Assembly (NCBI GenBank): GCA_964547345.1
Contig: CAZJMX010000004.1
Coordinates: 5,442 to 69,441, forward strand
From: an uncultured Smithella sp.
GTDB lineage: Bacteria > Desulfobacterota > Syntrophia > Syntrophales > Smithellaceae
DNA: 64,000 nt
Direction: 5' to 3'
Position 1 is the stretch's first letter, and the number at the start of each line of letters is the position of its first letter. The notes beneath the pieces were generated by a model that made no database searches, was not told where the DNA came from, and saw only the letters and a program-made list of their open reading frames with translations. Of the stretch, positions 46,197 through 57,117 are shown in pieces. Made by a program: the position numbers and the translations under genes.

Positions 46197-47096
46197 TCAT
46201 GGATGATACAGATAGCTGACCCCGCTCCATTTCTTCTCAGCCTTTTCCGTCAAAGCCCGGCTGAATTGATTTGCAGCGCTTTCAAACACGTAATCAAAAA
46301 CCGAAGGGTGTTTTTTTCGGGGATGAATCAGATCGTATTTTCCGCTTTTCCCGGAAATTTCGCCGGCCAGTTTTGCCGCGGAGGCCATGTCGCCTAGTTG
46401 ATCGACCAGCCCTAACTCTTTGGCCTTGCGGCCCGTAAAGACACGGCCATCACTAATCGCAACCACCTGGTCGCGGGTCATTTTGCGGTTCTCCACAATC
46501 ACATCGATAAACTGATTGTAGATGTCGTCAACGAGTTCCTGAATAATCAGTCGTTCCCCAGGAGTCATTTCCCGAAGGGGCGAACCGATATCTTTGTACT
46601 GGCCGCTTTTTACAACAGACGATTTTACACCGATTTTCTTGAAGAGCTCTTCGAGATTGGCAAACTGCATAATGGCCGAGATACTTCCGGTAATCGTCCC
46701 AGGATTGGCCACGATTTTATCGGCAGCGCATGCGATCAGCAGGCCGCCGGAGGCGGCAACGGATCCCATGGAGGCAACTACTTTCTTTTTCTTTTTCAGT
46801 TCAATGACGGCATCATAGATTTCCTGAGATGCAGCCACACCGCCGCCGGGCGAATCAATACGCAAAACAACGGCAACAATAGAACTGTCCTTTCCGAACT
46901 CATCAAGACTTTCGGCAATTTCCTGAGAATGACTGATAACGCCTTCAACCGTGACGACACCGATTTTATCATTTAAGGAAAAGGTTTGCGATCCGGCACT
47001 CCCGGATTGGGCGCCTGCTTTATAGAAAAACAAATATAAAACAGCGCCCACCACGATCAGTAGTACCAATCCTAAAAGGACAGGATGCTTTCGCAT
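46197..47096 (-). CDS. sppA: signal peptide peptidase SppA (36K type)
   Basis: 299 aa. N-terminal TM, RIDSPGGGVAAS, ASMGSVAASGG. Confidence 0.9.
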   Translation of the reverse strand: MRKHPVLLGLVLLIVVGAVLYLFFYKAGAQSGSAGSQTFSLNDKIGVVTVEGVISHSQEIAESLDEFGKDSSIVAVVLRIDSPGGGVAASQEIYDAVIELKKKKKVVASMGSVAASGGLLIACAADKIVANPGTITGSISAIMQFANLEELFKKIGVKSSVVKSGQYKDIGSPLREMTPGERLIIQELVDDIYNQFIDVIVENRKMTRDQVVAISDGRVFTGRKAKELGLVDQLGDMASAAKLAGEISGKSGKYDLIHPRKKHPSVFDYVFESAANQFSRALTEKAEKKWSGVSYLYHP

Positions 47097-47103
47097 AATT
47101 TAT

Positions 47104-48855
47104 TTAATCCTTGTTTTGACCGCCGATTTTCACATCCGCCAACGCCTGAGCCAGATTTGAACCAACGTTCTCCCGGTTGTTGATATACTGGCTGGATGAT
47201 GGTGTCGGAGATGGCGCCGGCGCTTCCATATCCTTAATGCTCAGTCGAATCTTCTTGGTTTTAACATCAATGCTTTTCACAATGGCGGATACACTGTCTC
47301 CGACATTGTATAGTTCGGCTGAAGACTTGACGCGCTTTGAGCTGATTTCGGAAATGTGAACCAGGCCTTCAATGCCCTCTTCAATTTCCACAAAAATTCC
47401 AAAGTCGGTAAAGTTTGTAATCTTCCCACTCACGACACTACCCGGCGCGTATTTTTTAGGCAATTCTTCCCAGGGATTCTTCTCAATTTGCTTGATGCCC
47501 AACGAGAATTTTTCGTTATCCACATCGATATTCAGCACAACCGCTTCAACTTCCTGTCCCTTCTTGAAATACTCGGATGGATGGGTTACGCGATGCTTCC
47601 AGGAAATATCCGATACATGAACCAGACCGTCGATACCGTCTTCTATCCCGATGAAAACACCAAAGTTGGTGATATTGCGAACCTGACCTTTCACCACCGT
47701 TCCCACAGGATATCTCTCTTTGAGTTTCTCCCAGGGATTGGCTGTTGTCTGTTTCAGGCTCAATGACACGCGTTTGGCTTCGGGATTGACTTCCAGAACG
47801 ACCACTTTCAAAACGGCTCCGACATTTAGAACCTTGGAGGGATGTTTGATTTCACGCGTCCAGTACATCTCGGAGATATGCACCAAGCCTTCCACACCGG
47901 GTTCCAGTTCCACAAAAACGCCATAATCCGTCAGATTGACGACCTTGCCCTCCACCAGTGCACCAACCGGATACTTTTCCATGATGTGTTCCCATGGATT
48001 TTCGTGCAGTTGTTTCAAGCCCAGCGATACCCTTTCCTTATCACGATCGAACGACAGAACCTTTACGGTAATCTTTTCACCCTTATGGAAAACATCCGCC
48101 GGCTTTGCAATTCTGCCCCAAGAAATGTCTGTGACATGCAGCAATCCATCAATACCGCCCAGATCGATAAAAATGCCATAATCGGTGATGTTCTTGATGA
48201 TACCTTCAACGATGCTTCCTTCAGCAATATTGTTGAGCGTATCTTTCTTTTCGCTTTCTCTTTCCGTAGCGACAATCGAGCGGCGGGACAAAACCACATT
48301 ATTGCGCTTGCGGTCGTATTTCAAAATATGAAAATCCAGCGTCTGGCCCATGAAGTAATCCAGATCTTTAATGGGACGGGTGTCAATTTGCGAGCCGGGC
48401 AGAAATGCGATGATGCCGATATCGACGGAAAGGCCGCCCTTCACTTTCTCCACCACGGTTCCCTTGATCGTGAGATTATTTTCACTGATTTGTTTGATTT
48501 CATCCCAAACTTTAAGTTTGGCGGCTTTATCATGAGATAAAATCAGATTTCCCTCTGAATCTCTCTTGTCGATAAATACTTCTATATCATCGCCCACGGA
48601 AACGGAAACATTTCCCTGCGCGTCTCTAAGTTCTTTGATGGGGATAAAACCTTCCGTTTTCCAGCCTACATCCACCATAACCGTATCCGAGGTAATATGC
48701 ACAACCTTGCCGCAGGCAATATCTCCGTATTGCAACTGATTAAGACTCTGCTCATAGAGTTCTTTGAATCCCATATCTTCATCTTTTGATGAAGCGGAAG
48801 AGCCGGTCTTACCCTCCTTTGGATTTGTTAAGTTTGCGTTATTATTGTTAACCAT
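47104..48855 (-). CDS. rpsA: 30S ribosomal protein S1
   Basis: 583 aa. Six S1 repeats (for example GLVHISEM, GLVHVSDIS, GLLHVTDIS). Confidence 0.96.
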   Translation of the reverse strand: MVNNNNANLTNPKEGKTGSSASSKDEDMGFKELYEQSLNQLQYGDIACGKVVHITSDTVMVDVGWKTEGFIPIKELRDAQGNVSVSVGDDIEVFIDKRDSEGNLILSHDKAAKLKVWDEIKQISENNLTIKGTVVEKVKGGLSVDIGIIAFLPGSQIDTRPIKDLDYFMGQTLDFHILKYDRKRNNVVLSRRSIVATERESEKKDTLNNIAEGSIVEGIIKNITDYGIFIDLGGIDGLLHVTDISWGRIAKPADVFHKGEKITVKVLSFDRDKERVSLGLKQLHENPWEHIMEKYPVGALVEGKVVNLTDYGVFVELEPGVEGLVHISEMYWTREIKHPSKVLNVGAVLKVVVLEVNPEAKRVSLSLKQTTANPWEKLKERYPVGTVVKGQVRNITNFGVFIGIEDGIDGLVHVSDISWKHRVTHPSEYFKKGQEVEAVVLNIDVDNEKFSLGIKQIEKNPWEELPKKYAPGSVVSGKITNFTDFGIFVEIEEGIEGLVHISEISSKRVKSSAELYNVGDSVSAIVKSIDVKTKKIRLSIKDMEAPAPSPTPSSSQYINNRENVGSNLAQALADVKIGGQNKD

Positions 48856-48968
48856 TAACTTAATACCCCCTAAATTTTATGAAACTATTTAATCCGTTGT
48901 GCCTAACATACCGAAAATCAAATAGCAAGACAAATCAGGCAGTCATTGCAGTCCATCATTTTTTTCAC

Positions 48969-49640
48969 TCATCCGTCTTGACCGGATATTCGCAGGAGAA
49001 TTCGTCCGACAACCTCAGACACATCCAAAGATGTTGAATCGATGACGAAGGCATCCGGCGTCGCCGTCAGAGGTGAAATTTTTCTTTGTGAATCCTGATG
49101 GTCTCTGGCTTTCATATCCTTGAGGATACCCTCCATTTCCGCGGGGCTGCTCTTCTGGAGAAGTTCGTTGTGCCGCCGTCTGGTTCGCTCCTGGATATCG
49201 GCATCCAGATAAAACTTATAATCAGCATGGGGGAATACAACGGATCCCATATCTCTGCCTTCCGCGACAATGCCGCCTTCGGCGCCCGCTTCCCTTTGCA
49301 GAGAAAGCAGCTTTTCCCGTACAACACCGAAAGCCGAGAGGGTCGATGCGGCTAACCCGACCGCCTCTGTGCGGATTTTATCACCAACGTTTTCTCCATC
49401 GACGTAGACAATCATTTGCCCGTCATCATTCTTCAGAGTAATGTCCGTTTTGGAACATAATCCGGCCAACTGGACAGGATCGTTCAAATCAATGTTGTAC
49501 TTCAATGCCTTGTAGGCCAAGGCGCGGTAAAGGGCCCCCGTATCCAGGTAAAGATATTGGAGCCTTTCGGCCAGCGCCTTGCTGACCGTGCTTTTCCCCG
49601 CGCCGGCCGGCCCATCAATGGTGATTATTTTTTTCTTCAT
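48969..49640 (-). CDS. cmk: cytidylate kinase
   Basis: Start set to ATG 49640 (MKKKIITIDGPAGAGKST). The track ORF is extended to 49724. GRDMGSVVFP. Confidence 0.93.
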   Translation of the reverse strand: MKKKIITIDGPAGAGKSTVSKALAERLQYLYLDTGALYRALAYKALKYNIDLNDPVQLAGLCSKTDITLKNDDGQMIVYVDGENVGDKIRTEAVGLAASTLSAFGVVREKLLSLQREAGAEGGIVAEGRDMGSVVFPHADYKFYLDADIQERTRRRHNELLQKSSPAEMEGILKDMKARDHQDSQRKISPLTATPDAFVIDSTSLDVSEVVGRILLRISGQDG

Positions 49641-49747
49641 ATTCAGTATTTCCCTTTCCCGTTCTTTTGTAGGTCCGCAATCGAAAACTTGCCTAATCTT
49701 AATAAAGCAGGTAGGATGACACATAAATTAAGAATAAAATTATAAAT

Positions 49748-51175
49748 ATGTATAAAATAATCCAAAAGCAATGTTTTTCTTGCGTAATGATCATGCTTCT
49801 CCTTTTTACAGGCGCGGGCCGTGTGGAGGCAGCTTTTACGCTGGCCGACGAAACAAAACTCGGCAAGGAAATCTACGATAAGCTTCAAAAGAATAATTTT
49901 CTGCTTTCCGATAAAAAACTGGGCGCTTATATTTCGGGAATCGGCAACAGGGTTTTGGCTCAAAGCTCGAAAGCGCCATTTGAATATACCTTCTCTATCT
50001 TTAACAGCTCGGCCATTAATGCCTTTGCCACGCCCGGCGGTTATATCTACATCAACAAAGGTTTAATCACCGCTGTAGAAAATGAAGCGCAACTGGCCGG
50101 CGTCATGGCACATGAAATCGCTCATGCCAATGCCCGTCACGTGGCCAGCATCATTGAAAAGTCTCAAAAACTGAACATTGCCGCGTTGGCTGCCATCATT
50201 GCCGGGGCATTTCTGGGTGGCGGCGGGGAGGCTACGGCGGCTATTGCCGCTTTTTCCGTTGCCGGAGCAACTTCCATGTCGCTTAAGTACCAGCGGGAGC
50301 ATGAAGAGGAAGCAGACCGCCTGGGCATCGAATATTTGGTCCACGCCGGTTACTACCCCCAAGCCATGGTGGAATTTTTGAAAATCATCAAACAGTATGA
50401 TTTTTTGTCCAGATCGATTCCATCCTATTTAAAAACCCATCCCGGCACTGATGACCGGATCTTTTATCTCGACAGCGTCATTCAGACACAATATCGCACG
50501 CCGAGCGGCACCCGAAATATTGTCGGCAATTTTACACGAATGCAAGCCTTGGTCGTCCAGGATTCGGCAGACCTGAAAAGACGCAACCGGCAACTGACAC
50601 AGGCTTTGCACAATAATCCGAAAAATGTTGACCTGCTTTACGCGTTGGCCATGACGGAAGAACAACTAGGCCATACGAGCGTCGCCATTGAAATTTTAAA
50701 CAAAGCCATGGCGCTCTCTCCGCGCGATGAGGATATTTTGATTGCCGGCGGTTTAATTTATTTAAAAACAGGCGACGCTGCGAAAGCCCGTTCTCTTTTG
50801 CTCAAAGCCGCGGCGATTCATCCGGATAACGACCAGACAATACTTGCTCTGGGCAATGCTTATTTTGCTATGGGTGATTTTCAAAATGCACTGGATTACT
50901 TTTTGAAACTGGAGGGCAAGGTCATCGAGGATGCGGACATAAACTATCCTATTGCCATGAGCTACGGGCGACTCAATCAGCAAGGCGAATCCCATTATTA
51001 TTTCGGTTTGCATTTTAAAAATGAAAAAAAACCGGAAAGCGCCCTGTTTCATTTTCAAAAGGCACAAACCTTTTTCCCCGAAGGATCCAAAAAAGCAAAC
51101 CTGATTTCCGATGCCATTAAAGAATTGGGTTCAGACACCTCCAAGAGGCCTGCCGGAAAAACCGGCCGACGATAA
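49748..51175 (+). CDS. M48-family metalloprotease with TPR repeats (BepA/YfgC-like)
   Basis: 475 aa with a signal peptide. HEIAH zinc motif plus EEEADRLG. The C-terminal half carries TPR-like repeats. Confidence 0.85.
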   Translation: MYKIIQKQCFSCVMIMLLLFTGAGRVEAAFTLADETKLGKEIYDKLQKNNFLLSDKKLGAYISGIGNRVLAQSSKAPFEYTFSIFNSSAINAFATPGGYIYINKGLITAVENEAQLAGVMAHEIAHANARHVASIIEKSQKLNIAALAAIIAGAFLGGGGEATAAIAAFSVAGATSMSLKYQREHEEEADRLGIEYLVHAGYYPQAMVEFLKIIKQYDFLSRSIPSYLKTHPGTDDRIFYLDSVIQTQYRTPSGTRNIVGNFTRMQALVVQDSADLKRRNRQLTQALHNNPKNVDLLYALAMTEEQLGHTSVAIEILNKAMALSPRDEDILIAGGLIYLKTGDAAKARSLLLKAAAIHPDNDQTILALGNAYFAMGDFQNALDYFLKLEGKVIEDADINYPIAMSYGRLNQQGESHYYFGLHFKNEKKPESALFHFQKAQTFFPEGSKKANLISDAIKELGSDTSKRPAGKTGRR

Positions 51176-51311
51176 GATAGCGTCAGGAATTCTTCTGTAA
51201 ATACAAATCATTACTCAGTAACTGCCGGTCAATCTTTATCGTTGCGAAAAATGCGACAATACATTATAAGAGCCTTACTTTAATATTATTTTCGAAAGGA
51301 GTCTCAAACAA

Positions 51312-51986
51312 GTGAATATCCTAATCTTTGGTCCCAACGGCAGCGGCAAAGGAACGCAAGGCGCAATCGTGCAGAAGAAATTCGGTGTTCCTCACATTGA
51401 AACCGGTGTTATCTTCCGTCAGAATATCTCCAAGAAAACCCCGCTGGGAGAAAAAGCAAAAGCGTTTATCGACCGCGGCGAGCTTGTTCCCGATGATATT
51501 ACCATTCCCATGATTCTGGATCGTTTGAAAGAAGACGATGCTAAAAAAGGCTGGCTACTCGACGGTTTCCCCCGCAATCTGGCTCAGGCCGAAGCCCTGT
51601 GGGCCGCTCTGCAGAAAGAGAACATCAAACTGGATATCGTCATTGAAATCGATCTGGACCGCGAGATTGCCAAAAAGCGCATCATGGGCCGCAGACTCTG
51701 CAAGATGGACAACAACCATCCCAACAACATTTTCATCGACGCCATCCAACCCCATTCACATGACGGCAAAACAACCTGCCGCGTGTGTGGCTGTGAAGAT
51801 TTATCCGCCCGCGCCGACGATCAGGATACGAGCGCCATCGACAAACGCCACGGCATTTACTACGACACCAAAACCGGAACGCTCGCTGCCGTAATTTTTT
51901 TCAAGGAAAGAACCAAAGTGATTATCGTTGACGGCAGTGCCGGCGTCAAGGAAGTATCCGAAGATCTCATGAAAAAGCTCGGTTAA
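51312..51986 (+). CDS. adk: adenylate kinase (GTG start)
   Basis: 224 aa. FGPNGSGKGTQG, LLDGFPRN, Cys-containing LID (CKMD...CRVCGC). AAAGGAG lies 10 nt before the GTG. Confidence 0.93.
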   Translation: MNILIFGPNGSGKGTQGAIVQKKFGVPHIETGVIFRQNISKKTPLGEKAKAFIDRGELVPDDITIPMILDRLKEDDAKKGWLLDGFPRNLAQAEALWAALQKENIKLDIVIEIDLDREIAKKRIMGRRLCKMDNNHPNNIFIDAIQPHSHDGKTTCRVCGCEDLSARADDQDTSAIDKRHGIYYDTKTGTLAAVIFFKERTKVIIVDGSAGVKEVSEDLMKKLG

Positions 51987-52010
51987 CCGCGCAGAAAAGA
52001 GTACAAATTA

Positions 52011-52043
52011 AAGCCCCCCAACAACACATGGAGGGCTTTTTTT
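52011..52043 (+). terminator. rho-independent terminator after adk
   Basis: AAGCCCCCC-AACAACACAT-GGAGGGCTT followed by a T run. It ends 10 nt before the lepA ATG. Confidence 0.55.
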
Positions 52044-52052
52044 AACGTCATT

Positions 52053-53849
52053 ATGGAAAATATAAGAAACTTCAGTATCATCGCCCATATCGATCATGGC
52101 AAGTCCACGCTGGCAGACCGCTTGATTCAATTTACCGGCGTCTGCAACGAAAGAAACTTTCAGGATCAGCTGCTCGACAACATGGATATCGAGCGCGAAC
52201 GAGGTATTACGATCAAGAGCAATGCCATCTCCCTGCCCTATCGGGCCAAAGATGGGAAACAGTATATCCTGAATCTGATCGATACGCCGGGTCATGTGGA
52301 CTTTTCCTACGAAGTCTCGCGGTCTCTGGCCTCCTGCGAAGGTGTCCTGCTTTTAATTGACGCGGCGCAGGGCGTTCAGGCTCAGACCCTGGCCAATCTC
52401 TACCTTGCCATGGAACACAACCTGGCAATCATTCCGATCATTAACAAAATTGATTTGCCCTCCGCCGATATAGATCGTGTGCTGGAAGAAATCGATTCTG
52501 AGCTGGGGCTCGACCCGGATACGCACATCAAATGCTCGGCCAAGGAAGGCATCGGCATTGAGGAAATTCTGGAAGCGATCATTGAACGCATCCCGCCGCC
52601 TACAGGCAGCGAAGATAATCCGCTTGCCGCCCTGATTTTTGACGCCAAGTATGACTCTTTCCGCGGTACGATCATTCATTGCCGGGTTTTTGAAGGCACC
52701 GTGAAAAGCGGCGATATCATCCGCTTCATGTACAACAACTCGACCTATAAGGTGGAAGAAGTCGGTCATTTCCTGCTGACGCGCACCAAGCGCGACAGGA
52801 TCTCCGCAGGTGAAGTGGGCTACATTGTCGCCGGTGTTAAAACCGTCTCCGACGTGCGCACGGGCGACACGATCACCCATCAGGATAAACCCTGCTCACA
52901 GCCGCTGCCGGGGTTCAAGGAAGTCAAACCGGTAGTCTTCGCATCCATCTATCCCATTGCGTCTGACGACTATCAGGATCTGGCCGACTCCCTGGAAAAA
53001 TACAAACTCAACGACGCCTCATTTATTTATGAAAAAGACTCCTCCGCTGCACTGGGTCAGGGGTTCCGCTGCGGTTTTCTGGGGCTTTTGCATCTGGATA
53101 TTGTACAGGAAAGACTGGAACGTGAATTTGATCTGTCGATTATTCTTTCTGTTCCCAGTGTCTGTTACCGTTTCACCCTCAAAGACAACAAAGTCATTTA
53201 CGTGGATAATCCCACCCACTATCCCGATCCGGCGGAAATAGCCAAAGGAGAAGAGCCCTTCATCCGCGCCGCAATGATGCTTCCCGAACGCTACCTCGGC
53301 ACGGTTATGAAATTGTGCATGGAAAAACGCGGCGTCAATTCCAATTTGAATTACACGGGACCGGGTCGCGCGGAGTTGACCTATGAAATGCCTCTGGCGG
53401 AAGTCATTTTTGATTTTTATGATCGCTTTAAATCCGTCACTCAAGGGTACGGTTCATTTGATTATGATATCATTGATTACCGTGAGAGCAATCTGGTTTT
53501 GATGGATATTCTGGTGAATGGTGAAAAAGTCGACGCGCTCTCACAGATCATTCACCGTGAACGCGCTCGCTCCCGGGGACTTCTGGCCTGCGAACGCCTC
53601 AAGGAAGAAATCCCCCGCCAGATGTTTAAAATCGCCATTCAGGGGGCCATCGGCGGAGAAATCATCGCCCGCAGCACCATCAGCGCTTTCCGCAAAGACG
53701 TAACGGCCAAATGTTACGGCGGTGATATCAGCCGTAAAAGAAAACTTCTGGAAAAGCAAAAAGAAGGCAAGAAACGCATGAAGATGATCGGCTCCGTCAG
53801 CATTCCGCAAAGCGCGTTTCTGGCGGTTTTGAAATCAGACAACGACTAG
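52053..53849 (+). CDS. lepA: translation elongation factor 4 (LepA)
   Basis: 598 aa. IRNFSIIAHIDHGKSTLADR, DTPGHVDF, NKIDL. The LepA C-terminal domain ends ...GKKRMK. Confidence 0.97.
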   Translation: MENIRNFSIIAHIDHGKSTLADRLIQFTGVCNERNFQDQLLDNMDIERERGITIKSNAISLPYRAKDGKQYILNLIDTPGHVDFSYEVSRSLASCEGVLLLIDAAQGVQAQTLANLYLAMEHNLAIIPIINKIDLPSADIDRVLEEIDSELGLDPDTHIKCSAKEGIGIEEILEAIIERIPPPTGSEDNPLAALIFDAKYDSFRGTIIHCRVFEGTVKSGDIIRFMYNNSTYKVEEVGHFLLTRTKRDRISAGEVGYIVAGVKTVSDVRTGDTITHQDKPCSQPLPGFKEVKPVVFASIYPIASDDYQDLADSLEKYKLNDASFIYEKDSSAALGQGFRCGFLGLLHLDIVQERLEREFDLSIILSVPSVCYRFTLKDNKVIYVDNPTHYPDPAEIAKGEEPFIRAAMMLPERYLGTVMKLCMEKRGVNSNLNYTGPGRAELTYEMPLAEVIFDFYDRFKSVTQGYGSFDYDIIDYRESNLVLMDILVNGEKVDALSQIIHRERARSRGLLACERLKEEIPRQMFKIAIQGAIGGEIIARSTISAFRKDVTAKCYGGDISRKRKLLEKQKEGKKRMKMIGSVSIPQSAFLAVLKSDND

Positions 53850-53952
53850 ATATTCTGCTTCCTCTTTAAGCGCCAGTATTGTGCGTCCAACACTTCTTTA
53901 CAAAAGTTTTGTGCTGCATTTCAGCGACTGCGCCGCAAATACGCTTATAACT

Positions 53953-55080
53953 ATGAATTATGATCAGGCCGGACTCTATCTTCATATTCCCTTCTGTTTG
54001 AGCAAGTGCGGGTATTGCAGTTTCCACTCTGTCACGGCGACTCATCTTATTGATGCTACCGTCAATGCCATCATGCGGGAAATGGATCTTTACAGGGATT
54101 TCTTTTTCTTTTTTGATACCATTTATATCGGCGGTGGAACGCCTTCCCTGCTTTCGATCCGGCAAATTGAAAACATCCTCAAATCCATCAATCATAATTT
54201 TGAAATCTCCCGGCGCGCGGAAATAACCCTGGAAGTCAATCCCGGTGATGTCTCCCTGGAATATTTTCAGGACCTGAAAAGCCTCGGGATCAATCGCCTG
54301 AATATCGGCATTCAGTCATTTGACGATCCTATTTTGAAATTCCTCGGACGCAGACATTCAGCCAGACAAGCGGTTGCCGCCATCGATCACGCGCGGAAAG
54401 CCGGGTTCAAAAACGTTGGTATTGACTTAATCTATGGTGTTTCCGGACAGGATATAAAAAGCTGGGAAAAAACCTTACAAAAAACCTTGTCTTTTAAGCC
54501 GGCACATCTTTCCTGTTATCAACTTTCCCTGGACAATGAGACGCCGCTTTATAAACAATATAAGCAAGACGGCCTGCAAATGCCATCTGAAGATCAGGCG
54601 CTGGATTTCTTCATGACGACATCCCGGACACTGACGGAATCTGGTTATACTCACTACGAAGTATCCAACTTTGCCCGTACCGATTCTTTAAAATCCCGTC
54701 ACAACATGAAATACTGGCGGCACGCGCCTTATCTCGGAATGGGACCTGCAGCACATTCTTTCGACGGTGAGAATCGCTGGTGGAACAAGGCAGATATCGA
54801 AGCCTACCTCAAGGCCATTGACGAAGGGAAAAAGCCGGTAGACAGATCTGAAAATCTCACACAGGAACAGCTGGCGCTGGAAGCGCTCTTCCTGGGCATG
54901 CGCACGAAAGACGGAATTGATCTTGAACAATACAAAACGCGCTATGGTTCAGATTTACTGACTGAGAAAAGCCTGATCATTAATGAACTGATCAAAAATG
55001 AGTTGGTGGAGTTGAAAGGCGGCCGTCTTTACCCCACCCTGGCCGGCATGGCGGTAGCGGACAGTCTGGCGCTGATTTGA
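53953..55080 (+). CDS. hemW: radical SAM family heme chaperone HemW (HemN-like, coproporphyrinogen III oxidase family)
   Basis: Start set to ATG 53953 (MNYDQAGLYLHIPFCLSKCGYCSF, CxxxCxxC). The track ORF starts at 53881. The lepA-hemW synteny is common. Confidence 0.88.
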   Translation: MNYDQAGLYLHIPFCLSKCGYCSFHSVTATHLIDATVNAIMREMDLYRDFFFFFDTIYIGGGTPSLLSIRQIENILKSINHNFEISRRAEITLEVNPGDVSLEYFQDLKSLGINRLNIGIQSFDDPILKFLGRRHSARQAVAAIDHARKAGFKNVGIDLIYGVSGQDIKSWEKTLQKTLSFKPAHLSCYQLSLDNETPLYKQYKQDGLQMPSEDQALDFFMTTSRTLTESGYTHYEVSNFARTDSLKSRHNMKYWRHAPYLGMGPAAHSFDGENRWWNKADIEAYLKAIDEGKKPVDRSENLTQEQLALEALFLGMRTKDGIDLEQYKTRYGSDLLTEKSLIINELIKNELVELKGGRLYPTLAGMAVADSLALI

Positions 55081-55337
55081 TAATCTAATCTGTCATGACT
55101 CATATTTGACATAACACACAACCGCTAATAAAGTCGTGTACTGGCAACCCTTTCACCTACAAAAAAACAACTTTGAAAAGCCTTGATGTTGCAAATTACG
55201 GAAGGAAAGAGAGTGAATGTTCTGCCTACTTTTGAGAGTGTTTTGTCAATTGTGTAAGCCTGACCTCTACAGAACTTTCGCCAATAGAACAACCTGATCT
55301 CGGGAGGCCTTATTTGACGTGGCTTTCAGCGCCTTTA

Positions 55338-57117
55338 ATGCGATTACATACTACCCGATTGGAATTATTGAAGAGCAATACAAAGAAATTTAAGGAGTTA
55401 TTATTTTTTTACTTGACATAGTATTGCATACGATATATAAATTATTATGGCCAGCATTATTAAGAAAAAGTCAAAATATAGTACATACTACGTCGTCGCC
55501 GAATCCGCACGCGTTGACGGCAAACCCCGGATCGTCAAGCAATGGTACCTGGGAACCATTGAAAAGATTATCGCCATGGCCGAGGGAAGCTCCGATAAAG
55601 AAGAACCCCGGCAAATCGACTGTGTTTCGGAAGGCGCTATCGCTGTTCTCTTTAAAATAGCCGAGGAACTGGGCATAAGGAAAACCGTTGACCAGTGCTG
55701 CCCTAAACGCCAGCAGGGGATGAGTGTTGGCGATTACATCCTCATTGCCGCTCTCAATCGTGCACTTGCCGCAACATCCAAAAGCAAAATTGCAGAATGG
55801 ATCGATTCCACGGCTTTGCATCTTTATATGCCGCTCCAAAAGGAAAAGCTGGAATCTCAGAACTTCTGGGATCATTTTGATAAATTGGACAAAGAGATGA
55901 TTGACAGGATTGGCGATGATGTCGCCAGGAAAGCGATCGAGCTGGAAAACATCCCCCTGGACACGATCGTTTACGACACCACCAACTATTACAATTATCT
56001 CGATGTGCTTACACCATCCGAATTATCCAGAATGACCAAATCCAAGGCCGGGCGTAACAGCTTACGTCATATCGGTCTGGCTTTGGCGGTGGATCGCGAT
56101 TATGGAATCCCCTTATTCAGCAGGTTGTATCCCGCCAATGAACATGATGCCAAAGTGATGAAAAAACTGATCGATGATATTTTTGAACAAATCAACGGCT
56201 CGATGTCCGACAAAAAAGGGATTACGCTTGTTTTCGACAAGGGGAATAACAGCGAAACACTGATCTTGAAGCTGGATGAAAGTCGGCATCATTTTGTCGG
56301 CAGCCGCAGCCCTTATCACCACAAAGACCTCTGTCATGTTTCCCTGGAACAATACAAGGAGGTCCGTATCAAAAATGGTGAAACAATAACGGTTTATGAG
56401 ACCCGCGAAGAGATCTATGGCGCACAGCGCAGGATCATTGTTTCCTTCAATGAGTCCACCTTCCAGCGCCAATTACACCGAATAGAGCAGAATCTGGAAA
56501 AAGCCAAGGAAGAGCTGTCCTCCTTCAAACGCAAAGCAAAAGATGCCGACGGCCGTTCCACGATGGATTCGATTAAGCGGCAGGCTTTGGAGATCACGGA
56601 TCGGTATCATGTGACGGGGCTTCTCGTTATCGACATTCTGGAAGAAGACAACCGTTTCAAGGTCAGCGCGCGCAAGAACTTTCCGGCCATCGAGGAGGCT
56701 AAAACGAGATTCGGCAAACAGATTCTATTTACAGACCGGGAATCCCTGACGGCAGGAGAGATTATCGACATTTATCTTGATCGGTATATTGTCGAAGATG
56801 CCTTCCGGATTACCAAGTCCGACCGCTGGGTCAAGATGGACCCGGTGCTTCACTGGACGGATTCCAAGATTCGCGTACATGCGTTGACTTGCATGATTGC
56901 ACTTCTTTTGGTGCGCATTGCGCACAAGCGAGCCCGTGCCAACGGCTTTACGAAAAGCGCGGAGCGGATGCTGGAATTACTGTCATCCATCAATACTGCA
57001 ATACTTCTCTATCCTAAATCCACCAAGGCGGTTCGTGTTCGGTGTTCCATATCAAAGGAGCAGGAGCTCTTACTGACTGCTCTCAACTGCCAAATCCCGC
57101 ATAGTATGTAATCGCAT
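55338..57117 (+). mobile_element. IS1634-family insertion sequence (1780 bp) with 16-bp perfect IRs and 5-bp target duplication
   Basis: ATGCGATTACATACTA (55338-55353) is the exact reverse complement of 57102-57117. The direct repeat CTTTA flanks both ends (55333-55337 and 57118-57122). A single transposase ORF lies inside. Confidence 0.8.
55447..57111 (+). CDS. IS1634-family (IS4-related DDE) transposase
   Basis: 554 aa. The N-terminus KKSKYSTYYVVAESARVDGKPRIVKQWYLG is typical of IS1634 transposases. DDE region VYDTTNYY...VFDKGNNS...YIVEDAFRITK. Confidence 0.9.
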   Translation: MASIIKKKSKYSTYYVVAESARVDGKPRIVKQWYLGTIEKIIAMAEGSSDKEEPRQIDCVSEGAIAVLFKIAEELGIRKTVDQCCPKRQQGMSVGDYILIAALNRALAATSKSKIAEWIDSTALHLYMPLQKEKLESQNFWDHFDKLDKEMIDRIGDDVARKAIELENIPLDTIVYDTTNYYNYLDVLTPSELSRMTKSKAGRNSLRHIGLALAVDRDYGIPLFSRLYPANEHDAKVMKKLIDDIFEQINGSMSDKKGITLVFDKGNNSETLILKLDESRHHFVGSRSPYHHKDLCHVSLEQYKEVRIKNGETITVYETREEIYGAQRRIIVSFNESTFQRQLHRIEQNLEKAKEELSSFKRKAKDADGRSTMDSIKRQALEITDRYHVTGLLVIDILEEDNRFKVSARKNFPAIEEAKTRFGKQILFTDRESLTAGEIIDIYLDRYIVEDAFRITKSDRWVKMDPVLHWTDSKIRVHALTCMIALLLVRIAHKRARANGFTKSAERMLELLSSINTAILLYPKSTKAVRVRCSISKEQELLLTALNCQIPHSM